The position numbers were made by a program, and so were the translations under genes. Below are positions 1 through 10,241 of a stretch of DNA of 64,000 bases, piece by piece; position 1 is the first letter of the stretch; each line of letters starts with the position of its first letter. The DNA lies in contig CAZRBL010000006.1 of assembly GCA_964598335.1 (NCBI GenBank), positions 937 through 64,936 of the forward strand, read 5' to 3'. The notes below the pieces were generated by a model that was not told the DNA's origin, did not search any database, and saw only the letters and a program-made list of their open reading frames with translations. The DNA comes from an uncultured Rhodospirillales bacterium. GTDB taxonomy: Bacteria > Pseudomonadota > Alphaproteobacteria > CAZRBL01.

Positions 1-1
1 G

Positions 2-1249
2 CTTGGCCTTCACACTTGGCTGCCCGACGCGATGGAAGGGCCGACGCCCGTTTCGGCGCTGATTCATGCCGCGACAATGGTCACGGCAGGCGTCTTCATG
101 CTGTGCCGGATGTCCCCGGTGCTGGAATATGCGCCCGATGCATTAGCCGTGATCACGGTGATCGGCGCCCTCACCGCGATCATGGCCGCGACCATCGGCA
201 TGACCCAGTTCGATATCAAGCGCGTGATCGCCTATTCGACGATGAGCCAGCTCGGCTACATGTTCTTCGCCGTCGGCGTCTCGGCCTATAGCGCGGCAAT
301 GTTCCATCTGATGACGCATGCCTTTTTCAAGGCGCTGCTTTTCCTGGGCGCCGGCTCGGTGATCCACGCGATGTCGGATGAGCAGGATATGCGCAATATG
401 GGCGGCATCTGGAAGCTGATACCGCAGACCTATGCGCTGATGTGGATCGGCAGCCTGGCTTTGGCCGGGATCGGGATTTACAGCGTTTTCGGCTTCGCGG
501 GGTTCTATTCCAAGGACATCATTCTCGAAGCCGTCTGGGCCGATAACACCCCGTTGGGTGTCTTCACCTATTGGATCGGTATTCTGGCTGCGGTGCTGAC
601 CGCCTTTTATTCATGGCGGCTGCTGCTGATGAGCTTCCACGGCAAGCCGCGCGCCGATGAAGAAACCATGGCGCATATTCATGAATCGCCGCCGGTCATG
701 CTGGTCCCGCTCTATATCCTGGCCATCGGCGCGGTGTTTGCCGGCTTCGTCGCCTATGATTACTTCGTCTATAAGGCCAGCGAAGACTTCTGGGCCGGGA
801 CCATCTTCGTCCTGCCGGAAAACGATACCGTCGCCGCCGCCCATGACGTTGCGCTCTGGGTCAAGCTGGCTCCGGTCGGCGCGGGCCTGGTCGGCATCGG
901 CCTTGCGTATCTGCTCTATATGATGCTGCCGAGCCTTCCCGGGCAAATCGCCAAGACCTTCAGTGCGGTCAACGCCCTGTTCTTCAACCGGTGGTATTTC
1001 GATGCGCTTTATCGTCGGCTGTTCGTGCTGCCGGCACGCTATCTGGGCCTGACTTTCTGGAAAGTCGGTGACGTTACGGTGATCGATAATGTCGGGCCGA
1101 ACGGTGTTGCGGCCATGGTCAGCCAGGGGGCGCGCCGGCTGGTGCGTCTTCAAAGCGGCTATCTCTATCACTATGCCTTCGCGATGCTGATCGGCGTCGT
1201 GCTGCTGCTCGGCCTGTATCTCTTCGGCGGCGATCTGATGGTGCGCTGA
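2..1249 (+). CDS. nuoL: NADH-quinone oxidoreductase subunit L, 5'-truncated at window edge
   Basis: TPVSALIHAATMVTAGV motif, polytopic membrane protein, followed by nuoM and nuoN; ORF open from window start. Confidence 0.9.
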   Translation, partial: LGLHTWLPDAMEGPTPVSALIHAATMVTAGVFMLCRMSPVLEYAPDALAVITVIGALTAIMAATIGMTQFDIKRVIAYSTMSQLGYMFFAVGVSAYSAAMFHLMTHAFFKALLFLGAGSVIHAMSDEQDMRNMGGIWKLIPQTYALMWIGSLALAGIGIYSVFGFAGFYSKDIILEAVWADNTPLGVFTYWIGILAAVLTAFYSWRLLLMSFHGKPRADEETMAHIHESPPVMLVPLYILAIGAVFAGFVAYDYFVYKASEDFWAGTIFVLPENDTVAAAHDVALWVKLAPVGAGLVGIGLAYLLYMMLPSLPGQIAKTFSAVNALFFNRWYFDALYRRLFVLPARYLGLTFWKVGDVTVIDNVGPNGVAAMVSQGARRLVRLQSGYLYHYAFAMLIGVVLLLGLYLFGGDLMVR

Positions 1250-2781
1250 TGCCGTTGCTTTCCATCGTAACCTTTCTGCCGCTGCTCGGCGCGCTGTTCA
1301 TTCTGCTGATCCGTGGCGATGATGAACAATCCGCGACCAATGCCAAGCTCGTCGCCTTCTGGACGTCGATAGTCACCTTTGTGATCTCGCTCGGCATCCC
1401 GCTCGAAGTCGATCCGACCGACCCCTCCTTCCAGCTCATTGAAGAGGTAGCCTGGATCCCGGCGCTCGGGATCAGCTACATCAAGGGCGTTGACGGCATT
1501 TCGCTGTGGTTCGTGCTCGGCTCGACCTTGCTGGCGCCGATCTGCATTCTTGCGAGCTGGGTCTCGGTGAAACAGCGCGTCAAGGAATTCATGATCGCGC
1601 TGCTGGTCCTCGAATGCTCGATGATCGGCATGTTCACCGCGCTTGATCTGGTGCTGTTCTACCTGTTCTTCGAAGCGGTGCTGATCCCGATGTTCCTGAT
1701 GATCGGCATCTGGGGTGGGCCGAGGCGTATCTACGCGTCCTACAAATTTTTCCTTTATACCTTCGTCGGCTCGGTGCTGATGCTGCTGGCGGTGATCGCA
1801 ATCTATCTCGACGCCGGCACCACCGACATGCGGATACTGGCCGAGAGCGGTATCGCGGCTGAGCTGCAGTTCTGGGCCTTTCTCGCCTTTCTTGCTTCCT
1901 TTGCTGTCAAATCGCCGATGTGGCCGACTCATACCTGGCTGCCCGACGCTCATGTCGAGGCGCCGACGGCGGGCTCGGTGATGCTGGCGGGCATCATGCT
2001 GAAAATGGGCGGTTACGGGCTTATCCGCTTCAATCTTCAGATGATGCCCGAAGCGGCCGAATTCTTCGCGCCCTTCGTCATGGCGCTGAGCGTGATCGCG
2101 ATCATCTACACCTCGCTGGTCGCCTTTGTGCAGGAGGATATGAAGAAGCTGGTCGCATATTCCTCGGTGGCGCATATGGGGTTCGCGACGCTCGGCATTT
2201 TCACCGCAACAGTGCAGGGGCTGGAAGGGGCGATCATGGTGATGCTGTCCCATGCCATCGTCTCGCCGGCCATGTTCCTGCTCGTCGCCGTGGTTTACGA
2301 CCGCATGCACACCCGTGACATCAGACGCTATGGCGGCCTTGCCACCGGTATGCCGGTCTATGCGACCATGTTCATGGTGATCACCCTAGCATCGATCGGC
2401 TTGCCCGGAACCAGCGGTTTCATCGGCGAATTTCTGGCGCTGTCCGGCGCCTATCAGGCGAGCAGTTGGGTCGGGGCGCTGGCAACAACGGGCGTGATCT
2501 TCGGCGCTCTCTACATGCTTAACCTTTATCGGCGCTTGTTCTTCGGCGCCTCGGCCAGTGATGAGGCTGCCTCGATGCCGGACATGAACCGGCGGGAAAT
2601 CGCCTATTTCATTCCACTACTGGCGATCGTGCTGTGGATGGGCATCAGCCCGGGTTTCTTCCAGCAGTATTTTGCCCCCAATGTCGCCGCGATCATCGAA
2701 AACCATGAACAGCGCGCCGCCCTGACCCAGGGTGATATGACGGCCATGGTGGAAGGCTGGCTAATGGAGTTGCGTCGATGA
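1249..2781 (+). CDS. nuoM: NADH-quinone oxidoreductase subunit M
   Basis: 510-aa antiporter-like membrane protein; ATGA overlap with nuoL stop; position in nuoLMN. Confidence 0.92.
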   Translation: MPLLSIVTFLPLLGALFILLIRGDDEQSATNAKLVAFWTSIVTFVISLGIPLEVDPTDPSFQLIEEVAWIPALGISYIKGVDGISLWFVLGSTLLAPICILASWVSVKQRVKEFMIALLVLECSMIGMFTALDLVLFYLFFEAVLIPMFLMIGIWGGPRRIYASYKFFLYTFVGSVLMLLAVIAIYLDAGTTDMRILAESGIAAELQFWAFLAFLASFAVKSPMWPTHTWLPDAHVEAPTAGSVMLAGIMLKMGGYGLIRFNLQMMPEAAEFFAPFVMALSVIAIIYTSLVAFVQEDMKKLVAYSSVAHMGFATLGIFTATVQGLEGAIMVMLSHAIVSPAMFLLVAVVYDRMHTRDIRRYGGLATGMPVYATMFMVITLASIGLPGTSGFIGEFLALSGAYQASSWVGALATTGVIFGALYMLNLYRRLFFGASASDEAASMPDMNRREIAYFIPLLAIVLWMGISPGFFQQYFAPNVAAIIENHEQRAALTQGDMTAMVEGWLMELRR

Positions 2782-4283
2782 GCGAGCTGGCCGTCGACAA
2801 TCTTAACATGATGCTGGCACTGCCCGAAATGGTGCTGGCGATTTGCGGCATGGCGCTGCTGATGCTCGGTGTCTTCGTCAAGAAGGGTGCCACCGCGCTG
2901 GTATCCGCCGGCGCTGTCGTCGCGCTGGGTTTGACGGCGTCCCTGGTTGCCTTCGGCGGCAGCAGTTCGGAAAGCGGCTTTGGCGGACAGTTCATGGTCG
3001 ATGATCTTGCCGTTTACCTGAAACTTCTGATCCTTCTCGGCGCGATCCTGTCGATCTTTCTGTCGATCGATTATCTGACGCGGGAGAACCTGCTTCGCTT
3101 CGAGTTTCCGGTTCTGATCCTGTTCGCTGCGCTGGGCATGATGCTGATGGTGTCGGCGGATGATTTCCTGACACTTTATATCGGCCTCGAGCTGCAAAGT
3201 CTTGCGCTCTACGTGCTTGCCAGCTTTCACCGCGATACCGTCAAATCGGCGGAGGCCGGGCTGAAATATTTCGTTCTCGGCGCGATTGCCTCGGGCATGC
3301 TGCTCTACGGCATTTCCATGGTTTACGGCTTTGCCGGGACGACGCAATTCGGTCTGATTGCCGATGTTCTGTCTCAGCAGGATCAGATCGGTCTGGGTTT
3401 GATCCTGGGTCTGGTTTTCATCGCAGTCGGCCTCGCCTTCAAGGTTTCGGCGGTGCCATTCCACATGTGGACGCCCGATGTTTACGAGGGCGCGCCGACA
3501 CCGGTCACGGCGCTTTTCGCCATGGCGCCCAAAATCGCTGCTATCGGCCTGTTTCTGCGCGTGCTGCTCGACCCGTTCGGCGGTATCGGCGATCAATGGC
3601 AGCAGATCGTCATCGTGATCTCGGTCGCCTCAATGATCCTCGGCGCCTTCGCCGCGCTGCGTCAGGAGAACATCAAGCGGCTGATGGCCTATAGCTCGAT
3701 CGGCCACATGGGTTATGCGCTGCTCGGCATTGCTGCTGCCGCTGATCCGAACGCCACCGCCGACGGGGTCAAGGCGGTGCTGTTCTACATGACGATCTAT
3801 CTGTTCATGAATGCCGGTGTTTTCGGGATCATTCTCTGCATGCGCCGGAACGGCCGCAGTGTCGAAACGATCGAGCATCTCTCCGGACTGTCGAAAACCC
3901 ATCCGGGCATGTCGCTGGCGATGGCGATCCTGATGTTCTCGATGGCGGGCATTCCGCCGCTCGCCGGCTTTTTCAGCAAGCTGTACGTCTTTCTCGCTGC
4001 GCTCGACGCGGCGCTGTACATACCGGCGATCATCGGAGTTTTGAGCAGCGCCGTTGCCGCCTTTTATTATCTGCGCATCATCAAGGTGATGTATTTTGAC
4101 GAGAACGAAGCAGCCATCGACAGCGGAATGGCGATGCCCCTGCGCCTGGTGGTAACGATGACGACGCTGTTCACGCTGGTCGCGGTCGTGGTGCTGGGGC
4201 CGCTATCGGATCGCGCCGCGGCCGTCGGTGATACCGTCGCAGCCGAGATACGGGAAACCGAACTTGGACGCGCCGAGTATTGA
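2778..4283 (+). CDS. nuoN: NADH-quinone oxidoreductase subunit N
   Basis: 501-aa membrane protein, ATGA overlap with nuoM; last gene of nuo operon. Confidence 0.92.
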   Translation: MSELAVDNLNMMLALPEMVLAICGMALLMLGVFVKKGATALVSAGAVVALGLTASLVAFGGSSSESGFGGQFMVDDLAVYLKLLILLGAILSIFLSIDYLTRENLLRFEFPVLILFAALGMMLMVSADDFLTLYIGLELQSLALYVLASFHRDTVKSAEAGLKYFVLGAIASGMLLYGISMVYGFAGTTQFGLIADVLSQQDQIGLGLILGLVFIAVGLAFKVSAVPFHMWTPDVYEGAPTPVTALFAMAPKIAAIGLFLRVLLDPFGGIGDQWQQIVIVISVASMILGAFAALRQENIKRLMAYSSIGHMGYALLGIAAAADPNATADGVKAVLFYMTIYLFMNAGVFGIILCMRRNGRSVETIEHLSGLSKTHPGMSLAMAILMFSMAGIPPLAGFFSKLYVFLAALDAALYIPAIIGVLSSAVAAFYYLRIIKVMYFDENEAAIDSGMAMPLRLVVTMTTLFTLVAVVVLGPLSDRAAAVGDTVAAEIRETELGRAEY

Positions 4284-5004
4284 ACTGCCGGCCGGCTACC
4301 GGCTGCAGCGTCACGGCGCGGTGACCAGCACCAGCGATCTGATCCGTGCGGCTGCAGAGAGCGGCGAGGCGGACGGGCTGATCGTCACCGCCGATACACA
4401 GACGGCGGGACGCGGTCGCCGGGGACGCGTCTGGCAATCGCAGCAAGGCGGTCTTTACTTTTCGATCCTGAAACGGCTGCCGGCCTTACCGCCGGATGCA
4501 ATGCCGGCGCAGGCGTCCCTGGTGACGGGCATCGCGCTGATCGAGGCGCTGCAGCCTCTCGTGATTACCACCTTGACGCTGAAATGGCCGAATGACGTGC
4601 TGGCGAGCGGCGCCAAGCTGGCCGGTGTGCTGGTCGAAGCCGAGCGCGAGGAGGCGCTGATCATCGGTATCGGCATCAATCATCGATCCGCGCCCGCCAT
4701 TCCGGAGCAAGAAACGAGCTGTCTCGTCGATCTCGGCGCAAGCGTGAGCGGCGACGCGGTTCTCAATCATGTCATCGCCGCTTTCGATCGACGCTGGCGT
4801 CTGTGGTTGAACGAGGGCTTTGCGCCGATCCGCTCTGCTTGGGCGAGCCACGGCCCCGCCTTCGGCACGCCGATCTCGGTCCGGCAGGACGGTGCGGCAG
4901 AGCGTGGGAGCTTCGCCGGTCTGGACCATGACGGCTCGTTGCTGCTGCAACCGCCAGACCGGCCGGTCAAGCGGATTGCGGCCGGAGAAATCGGCCATGT
5001 CTGA
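4228..5004 (+). CDS. birA: Biotin--[acetyl-CoA-carboxylase] ligase (class I, no HTH)
   Basis: GRGRRGRVWQSQQGGLYFS biotin-ligase signature. Start ambiguous: GTG 4228 overlaps the nuoN tail by 56 nt; alternatives are TTG 4264 or GTG 4321. Confidence 0.8.
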   Translation: MIPSQPRYGKPNLDAPSIELPAGYRLQRHGAVTSTSDLIRAAAESGEADGLIVTADTQTAGRGRRGRVWQSQQGGLYFSILKRLPALPPDAMPAQASLVTGIALIEALQPLVITTLTLKWPNDVLASGAKLAGVLVEAEREEALIIGIGINHRSAPAIPEQETSCLVDLGASVSGDAVLNHVIAAFDRRWRLWLNEGFAPIRSAWASHGPAFGTPISVRQDGAAERGSFAGLDHDGSLLLQPPDRPVKRIAAGEIGHV

Positions 5005-5782
5005 AGCGCCGCTGCTGCTCGCCGTCGATGTCGGCAATACCAATATCGTTTTCGCGCTGTACCGTGAGATGGACAAGGTCGGCTCCTGGCGTATTTCGAC
5101 CGATGCTCACCGCACCGCCGATCAATATGCGGTCTGGCTGCACAGCGTGCTGACGCTCAAGCAGATTGCGATCGGCAGCATCGATCAGGCGATCATCGGC
5201 AGTGTCGTGCCTGATGCCACCTTCAACCTTGAGCGGCTGTGCCTCGAGCATCTCGATACCCGGCCGCTGATCGTCGGCCGCGATCCGTTGCAGTTCGGCG
5301 TGCCGGTGGAGATGGACCGGCCCGAGGAAGTCGGCGCCGACCGCATCGTCAATGCCGTTGCTACCTATGAGCGTTATGGCGGGCCGGCAATCGTCGTCGA
5401 TTTCGGCACCGCGACGACCTTCGATGTGGTCGGCGAAAACGGCGCCTATTGCGGCGGCATCATTGCGCCTGCGGCCGGTCACTCGCTCGATGCCCTGCAC
5501 CGGGTTGCCGCCAAGCTGCCGCGCGTCGATATCGTCCGCCCGGCCAGGGTCATCGGCAAAAGTACCGTCAGCGGCATGCAGTCCGGCATCTATTGGGGCT
5601 ATATCGGCCTGATCGAAGGGCTGATCCGCCGGATCGAGGCGGAATACGGTCGCGAGATGCAGGTGATTGCCACAGGAGGCCTCGCCCCCATGTTTGCTGA
5701 AGCGACAGACAGCATCGACAGCGTCGATCCGGACCTGACCCTTCGCGGGCTGGTGCTGGTCTATCGTCGTAATGCTACGTAA
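4997..5782 (+). CDS. coaX: Type III pantothenate kinase
   Basis: MSEAPLLLAVDVGNTNIVFALY N-terminus and ATGG motifs typical of CoaX. ATG 4997 overlaps the birA stop by 8 nt; the ORF-track start at 4820 is an upstream extension. Confidence 0.85.
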   Translation: MSEAPLLLAVDVGNTNIVFALYREMDKVGSWRISTDAHRTADQYAVWLHSVLTLKQIAIGSIDQAIIGSVVPDATFNLERLCLEHLDTRPLIVGRDPLQFGVPVEMDRPEEVGADRIVNAVATYERYGGPAIVVDFGTATTFDVVGENGAYCGGIIAPAAGHSLDALHRVAAKLPRVDIVRPARVIGKSTVSGMQSGIYWGYIGLIEGLIRRIEAEYGREMQVIATGGLAPMFAEATDSIDSVDPDLTLRGLVLVYRRNAT

Positions 5783-5791
5783 CGATTTCCA

Positions 5792-7441
5792 ATGACCTCT
5801 GATTTTCTTTGTGTGCCGCTCGGCGGTGTCGGCGAGTTCGGCTGTAACCTGACGCTTTACGCCTATGATGATCGCTGGCTGGCGATCGATTGCGGCATGG
5901 GCTTTGCCGATGGCGAGATTCCCGGCGTCGACATCACCTTGCCCAATCCCGCTTATCTCGTCGAACGCCGTGACAGGCTCGAAGCAATTGTCCTCACGCA
6001 TGCGCATGAGGACCATATCGGCGCGGTCGCGCATCTCTGGCCGCAGCTGCAATGCCCGGTCTACGGCACCGCGTTCGTTCTGGAGTTGATGAAGCGCAAG
6101 CTCGCCGAGAAAGGCCTTGTCGACAAGGTGCCGCTGCGTGAGTTTGCGCCCGGCGGTTCGCTGACGCTGGGGCCGTTCGGCATAACCTTTGTCACGGTCA
6201 CCCATTCGACGCTCGAGCCCAACCTGCTGCTGATCGAAACCGAGGCGGGCAGGGTGGTTCATTCGGGCGACTGGAAGCTCGATCCCGATCCGGTTGTCGG
6301 CGAGGTTACCGATATCGATGCGCTCAAGCGCATCGGCGAGGGCGGAGTCGACGTTCTGATCGGCGATTCGACCAATGCGATGACACCTGGGCGTTCGGTT
6401 TCCGAGGCCGCGGTGCAAGAGGCGCTGACGGCGGAGTTCGGCAAGCACGGGCAGCGCATCGCCGTGTGCTGCTTTGCGTCCAATATCGCGCGGCTGGAGA
6501 GTATTGCGCGGGCCGCCCAGGCGCATGGGCGACATGTCGCGCTGGTCGGGCGTTCGCTGTATCGGCTATCGGATGCGGCGCGCGCCTGCGGCTATCTCGA
6601 CGACATTCCGGAGTTTATCGACGATCGCGATGCGGGCTTGATCCCGCGCGACAAAATTGTGCTGGTCTGCACCGGCAGCCAGGGCGAGCCGCGGGCGGCG
6701 ATGCCGCGCATTGCGGACAATACGCATCGTCATATCAAGCTCGATCCCGGCGATGCGGTGATGTTTTCATCCCGCGCCATTCCCGGCAATGAGCGCGAAA
6801 TCCTGCGCATGCAAAATCGCCTGATCGCGCAGGGGATCAATGTCGTCACCGATCACGAGGCGCCCATCCACGCGTCCGGCCATCCCGCACAGGATGAATT
6901 GCGCGACATGTTCGGCTGGCTCAAGCCGAAGGCACTCATTCCGGTGCATGGAGAGACGGCGCATTTGCACGCCCATGCCGCTTTGGCCCGGGAATGCGGC
7001 ATCGCCGCGCCGCTGATCCCGGAAAACGGCAGTGTGATACGTCTCAACAATGGCGATGTCCGCGAGATCGACCGCGTCGAGACCGGCAAGCTGGCCATTG
7101 ACGGCAGCCAGGTCATCGCCGCCGATAGCGACCTGATCAGAACGCGATTGCGGATTGCCGAGACGGGCAGCGCCGTGATCACCCTGGTCATGGATAAAAA
7201 GGGACGGCTGCTGGCCACGCCGCAAGTCTCTTCCCCCGCTTTGTTCGATCAAACCGAGGAGGATGACGACAGGCTTGCGGCCATAGAGGATGCGGTCCAG
7301 ATGGCGATCGAAGCCCTGCCGAGCGCGGAGCTGCGCAGCGACGGAGCCGTCGAAAGCGCGGCGAGCCGGGCGCTGCGGCGCGAGACCTTCGAAATGCTCG
7401 GCCGAAAACCGCTCACCGAAATTCATCTGGTGCGCGTCTGA
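5792..7441 (+). CDS. rnj: Ribonuclease J (metallo-beta-lactamase/beta-CASP RNA-metabolising family)
   Basis: LGGVGEFGCN and HAHEDHIGA metallo-beta-lactamase motifs; 549 aa. Confidence 0.85.
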   Translation: MTSDFLCVPLGGVGEFGCNLTLYAYDDRWLAIDCGMGFADGEIPGVDITLPNPAYLVERRDRLEAIVLTHAHEDHIGAVAHLWPQLQCPVYGTAFVLELMKRKLAEKGLVDKVPLREFAPGGSLTLGPFGITFVTVTHSTLEPNLLLIETEAGRVVHSGDWKLDPDPVVGEVTDIDALKRIGEGGVDVLIGDSTNAMTPGRSVSEAAVQEALTAEFGKHGQRIAVCCFASNIARLESIARAAQAHGRHVALVGRSLYRLSDAARACGYLDDIPEFIDDRDAGLIPRDKIVLVCTGSQGEPRAAMPRIADNTHRHIKLDPGDAVMFSSRAIPGNEREILRMQNRLIAQGINVVTDHEAPIHASGHPAQDELRDMFGWLKPKALIPVHGETAHLHAHAALARECGIAAPLIPENGSVIRLNNGDVREIDRVETGKLAIDGSQVIAADSDLIRTRLRIAETGSAVITLVMDKKGRLLATPQVSSPALFDQTEEDDDRLAAIEDAVQMAIEALPSAELRSDGAVESAASRALRRETFEMLGRKPLTEIHLVRV

Positions 7442-7692
7442 TGACCGTCTTCACCGGCATCATCGTCTATTTGCTGATCTGGTGGGTGATGCTGTTTGCC
7501 GTGCTCCCCTGGGGCATAAGGCATTCCAGGCCGGAGCCCGGTAACGCGCCGAGCGCCCCCGAAAACCCTCGTATTCTGAGGAAGTTTGCCATTACCAGCG
7601 CCGCATCGGCCCTGGTCTGGCTGATCGTCTTCGCGATCATCGAGGCGGAGGTGATTTCCTTCCGCGAGATCGCTGAGCAATGGCATCGGTGA
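7441..7692 (+). CDS. Small two-TM membrane protein, DUF1467-like
   Basis: 83 aa, MTVFTGIIVYLLIWWVMLFAVLPW hydrophobic N-terminus; ATGA-coupled to the rnj stop. Confidence 0.5.
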   Translation: MTVFTGIIVYLLIWWVMLFAVLPWGIRHSRPEPGNAPSAPENPRILRKFAITSAASALVWLIVFAIIEAEVISFREIAEQWHR

Positions 7693-8234
7693 GCTTGCCC
7701 GCAAAACCGCCTGCGCATTATTGCGATATCGCACCGGGCCATCCATGGCATGGCCCCTATCACGACACCGAATATGGTTTTCCGGTCCGCGGCGAGGCGC
7801 AGCTTTTCGGGCGCTTGGTATTGGAAATCAATCAGGCCGGGCTTTCCTGGTTGACGATCCTCAAGAAGCGTAGGGATTTTGACCGCGCCTATGATGGCTT
7901 CGCGGTCGATAAGGTCGCCGCTTACGGCGCTGACGACACGAAAAGGCTGTTGCGGGACCCCGGCATCATCTGAAACCGGTTAAAGATCGCTGCCGCGATC
8001 CATAATGCGCAGCAAATCAGAACCATGCGGGAGAGCCATGGCGGTTTCGCCGCCTGGCTTGATGCACATCATCCGTTGCCGCTGACCGGCTGGGTAAAGC
8101 TGTTCAAGTCCGTGTTCAAATTCACAGGCCGCGAGATTACCAATGAGTTTCTGATGTCTACCGGCTATCTCCCGGGTGCCCATCGAACGGATTGTCCTGT
8201 TCATCCCGAGATCCTGGCATGCGACCCGCCCTAG
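7680..8234 (+). pseudogene. tag: DNA-3-methyladenine glycosylase I (Tag) interrupted by a single in-frame TGA at 7971-7973
   Basis: ORFs 7680-7973 and 8025-8234 are in the same frame. Read-through gives ...RDPGII*NRLKIAAAIHNAQQ...KSVFKFTGREITNEFLMSTGYLPGAH..., colinear with the Tag HhH/zinc-ribbon fold (E. coli has IIRHRGKI here, so Arg becomes stop). Confidence 0.75.
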
Positions 8235-8378
8235 GCTTCTGTCTAAAAAACAGGCAGTCTGGCGGTTTATGCTGCGCTCGCGAAAAAGAGCCTTGTTCAC
8301 TGCCCGCGTAATAAGCATCGTCCGCCTATCGGAGTGCGATCTTCGATGACCGCTTGGTGGCGATTCCTCCCTAGACTT

Positions 8379-8409
8379 GGGCCGTACGGTTTCGTGCGGC
8401 CCTTTTTTT
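8379..8409 (+). terminator. Rho-independent terminator (GGGCCG-12 nt loop-CGGCCC + T7)
   Basis: Perfect 6-bp GC stem 8379-8384/8397-8402 followed by TTTTTTT 8403-8409; downstream of tag. Confidence 0.55.
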
Positions 8410-8461
8410 GCCCGTATTGCGCGGTCGGCTGGCGTTTACCCGTTTTTCGCTTCGCCTGGCT

Positions 8462-8872
8462 ATGCTGACCCCGATGCCTGTCTTGCTTGTCTTGATTCTG
8501 ATCTCGCCGCTTGCTGCGGCGCAACAGACAATCACAATCGATCGTGATGTCTGCGCGCTGCTCACCGAGCATGAGCCCGACGCGGATGTCGCCTTTACCC
8601 CGGGTGTCGATGTCAACGGCAATCCCGTCGCGGCGGCGGATCTGCCGGGCTCGCCTCAGCTGGAATTGCCGGACGGTTATGCGATCCCGATCGAGTTGCT
8701 GATCCCCATGGCCGAGGGGATCGGTCCCGAGGACAGCGCGCTCCGCGCCAAGGTCATCGCCGGGCGGGTCGACCTGGTGGGTGATGACCTGCTCTTCAAC
8801 GGCCAACCGCTGGAAACAGATGTCGAGACGCGATTGCGCGCGGCCTGTCGGGAGGCGCTTGCCCTCGATTGA
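8462..8872 (+). CDS. Hypothetical small secreted protein (signal peptide [22 protein letters not shown])
   Basis: 136-aa ORF with a clear N-terminal signal peptide and native-like GC3; no recognisable domain. The 8408 track start lies inside the terminator. Confidence 0.45.
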   Translation: MLTPMPVLLVLILISPLAAAQQTITIDRDVCALLTEHEPDADVAFTPGVDVNGNPVAAADLPGSPQLELPDGYAIPIELLIPMAEGIGPEDSALRAKVIAGRVDLVGDDLLFNGQPLETDVETRLRAACREALALD

Positions 8873-8921
8873 CGGCAGGGGCAGAGTGCGCGCCGCACCT
8901 TTTCGCGATACACCCGACACC

Positions 8922-10241
8922 ATGCTGCTTTCCAAATATTTCTTGCCGGTGATGAAAGAGACTCCGGCCGAAGCCGAGATCGTCTCGCACCGCCTGATGC
9001 TGCGCGCCGGCATGATTCGTCAGACCAGCTCGGGGATTTATACCTGGCTGCCGCTGGGGCTGCGCGTGCTGAAGCGTATCGAGACCATCGTGCGGGAGGA
9101 GCAGGATCGCTTCGGCGCGCTGGAAGTCCTGATGCCGACGATCCAACCGGCCGATCTTTGGCGCGAATCCGGGCGTTATGATGATTACGGCAAGGAGATG
9201 CTGCGGATTCAGGACCGTCATGAGCGCGACATGCTCTACGGTCCGACCAATGAGGAGATGATCACCGACATCTTCCGCCGCACGATCAAGAGCTATCGCG
9301 ACCTGCCGCTGATCCTCTATCACATTCAATGGAAATTTCGCGACGAGCTGCGGCCCCGTTTCGGCATCATGCGCGGGCGCGAATTCCTGATGAAGGACGC
9401 CTATTCCTTCGATCTCGATGCGGAGGGAGCCCGTGCGAGCTATAACGCGATGTTCGTCTCCTATCTGCACATGTTCTCGCGCATGGGGCTGAAGGCGATC
9501 CCGGTGCGTGCCGATACCGGCCCGATCGGCGGCGATCTCAGCCATGAATTCCATATCCTTGCCGATACCGGCGAGAGCGAGCTTTTCGCCGAAAAAGCGC
9601 TGGTCGATTTCGATTTCTCGACATTGCCCCAACCGGGCGATGATCTTGCCGCCTTCGTGACCGAGGTCACATCACGCTATGCCGCCGCCGATGAAATGCA
9701 TAAACCCGATCAATGCCCGGTTTCTGCTGATCAGCTGGTCACCCGGCGCGGCATCGAGATCGGTCATATTTTCAATTTCGGTGACAAATACTCAAAGCCG
9801 ATGAAGGCGCAGGTAAGCGGGCCCGACGGCAATCTGATCGCTGTGAATAGCGGTTCTTACGGCGTCGGCATCTCGCGTCTGCCGGCGGCGATTATCGAGG
9901 CCAGCCACGATGATGACGGCATTATTTGGCCCGATGCCGTAGCGCCCTTCCATGTCGGAATCATCAACCTCAAGCCGGGTGACAGCGAGAGCGATCGTGT
10001 CTGCAGCGAAATCGAGGCGGCATTGACAGCGGCCGGTTTCGCGGTGCTGGTCGACGATACCGAAGAACGCGCCGGAGCAAAGTTCGCCACCATGGATCTG
10101 ATCGGCCTTCCCTGGGCTGTTACCGTCGGACCACGCGGGCTGGCCGCCGGAAAGATTGAGGTCAAGCGCCGGGCCACGGGCGAGAAGCGGGAAATGCCGC
10201 CCGGCGATCTCGCCGCCTTTCTCGGTGAGCCGCCGCGCTGA
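8922..10241 (+). CDS. proS: Proline--tRNA ligase (alpha/eukaryote-like short type)
   Basis: [35 protein letters not shown]-terminus, class II aaRS motifs; track start 8781 is an upstream extension. Confidence 0.9.
   Translation: MLLSKYFLPVMKETPAEAEIVSHRLMLRAGMIRQTSSGIYTWLPLGLRVLKRIETIVREEQDRFGALEVLMPTIQPADLWRESGRYDDYGKEMLRIQDRHERDMLYGPTNEEMITDIFRRTIKSYRDLPLILYHIQWKFRDELRPRFGIMRGREFLMKDAYSFDLDAEGARASYNAMFVSYLHMFSRMGLKAIPVRADTGPIGGDLSHEFHILADTGESELFAEKALVDFDFSTLPQPGDDLAAFVTEVTSRYAAADEMHKPDQCPVSADQLVTRRGIEIGHIFNFGDKYSKPMKAQVSGPDGNLIAVNSGSYGVGISRLPAAIIEASHDDDGIIWPDAVAPFHVGIINLKPGDSESDRVCSEIEAALTAAGFAVLVDDTEERAGAKFATMDLIGLPWAVTVGPRGLAAGKIEVKRRATGEKREMPPGDLAAFLGEPPR

Noticed and set aside
4967-6535. 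522-aa minus-strand ORF antisense to coaX/rnj, plus similar long antisense ORFs (1171-2310, 2604-3596, 12419-14164, 15693-16670, 20619-21590, 21794-22708, 54179-55291, 59117-60370, 62538-63539)
   Set aside because: High-GC genomes generate long stop-free antisense frames. In every case the opposite strand encodes a protein with unmistakable conserved motifs, and the antisense translations are Arg/Ala/Gly-rich low-complexity.
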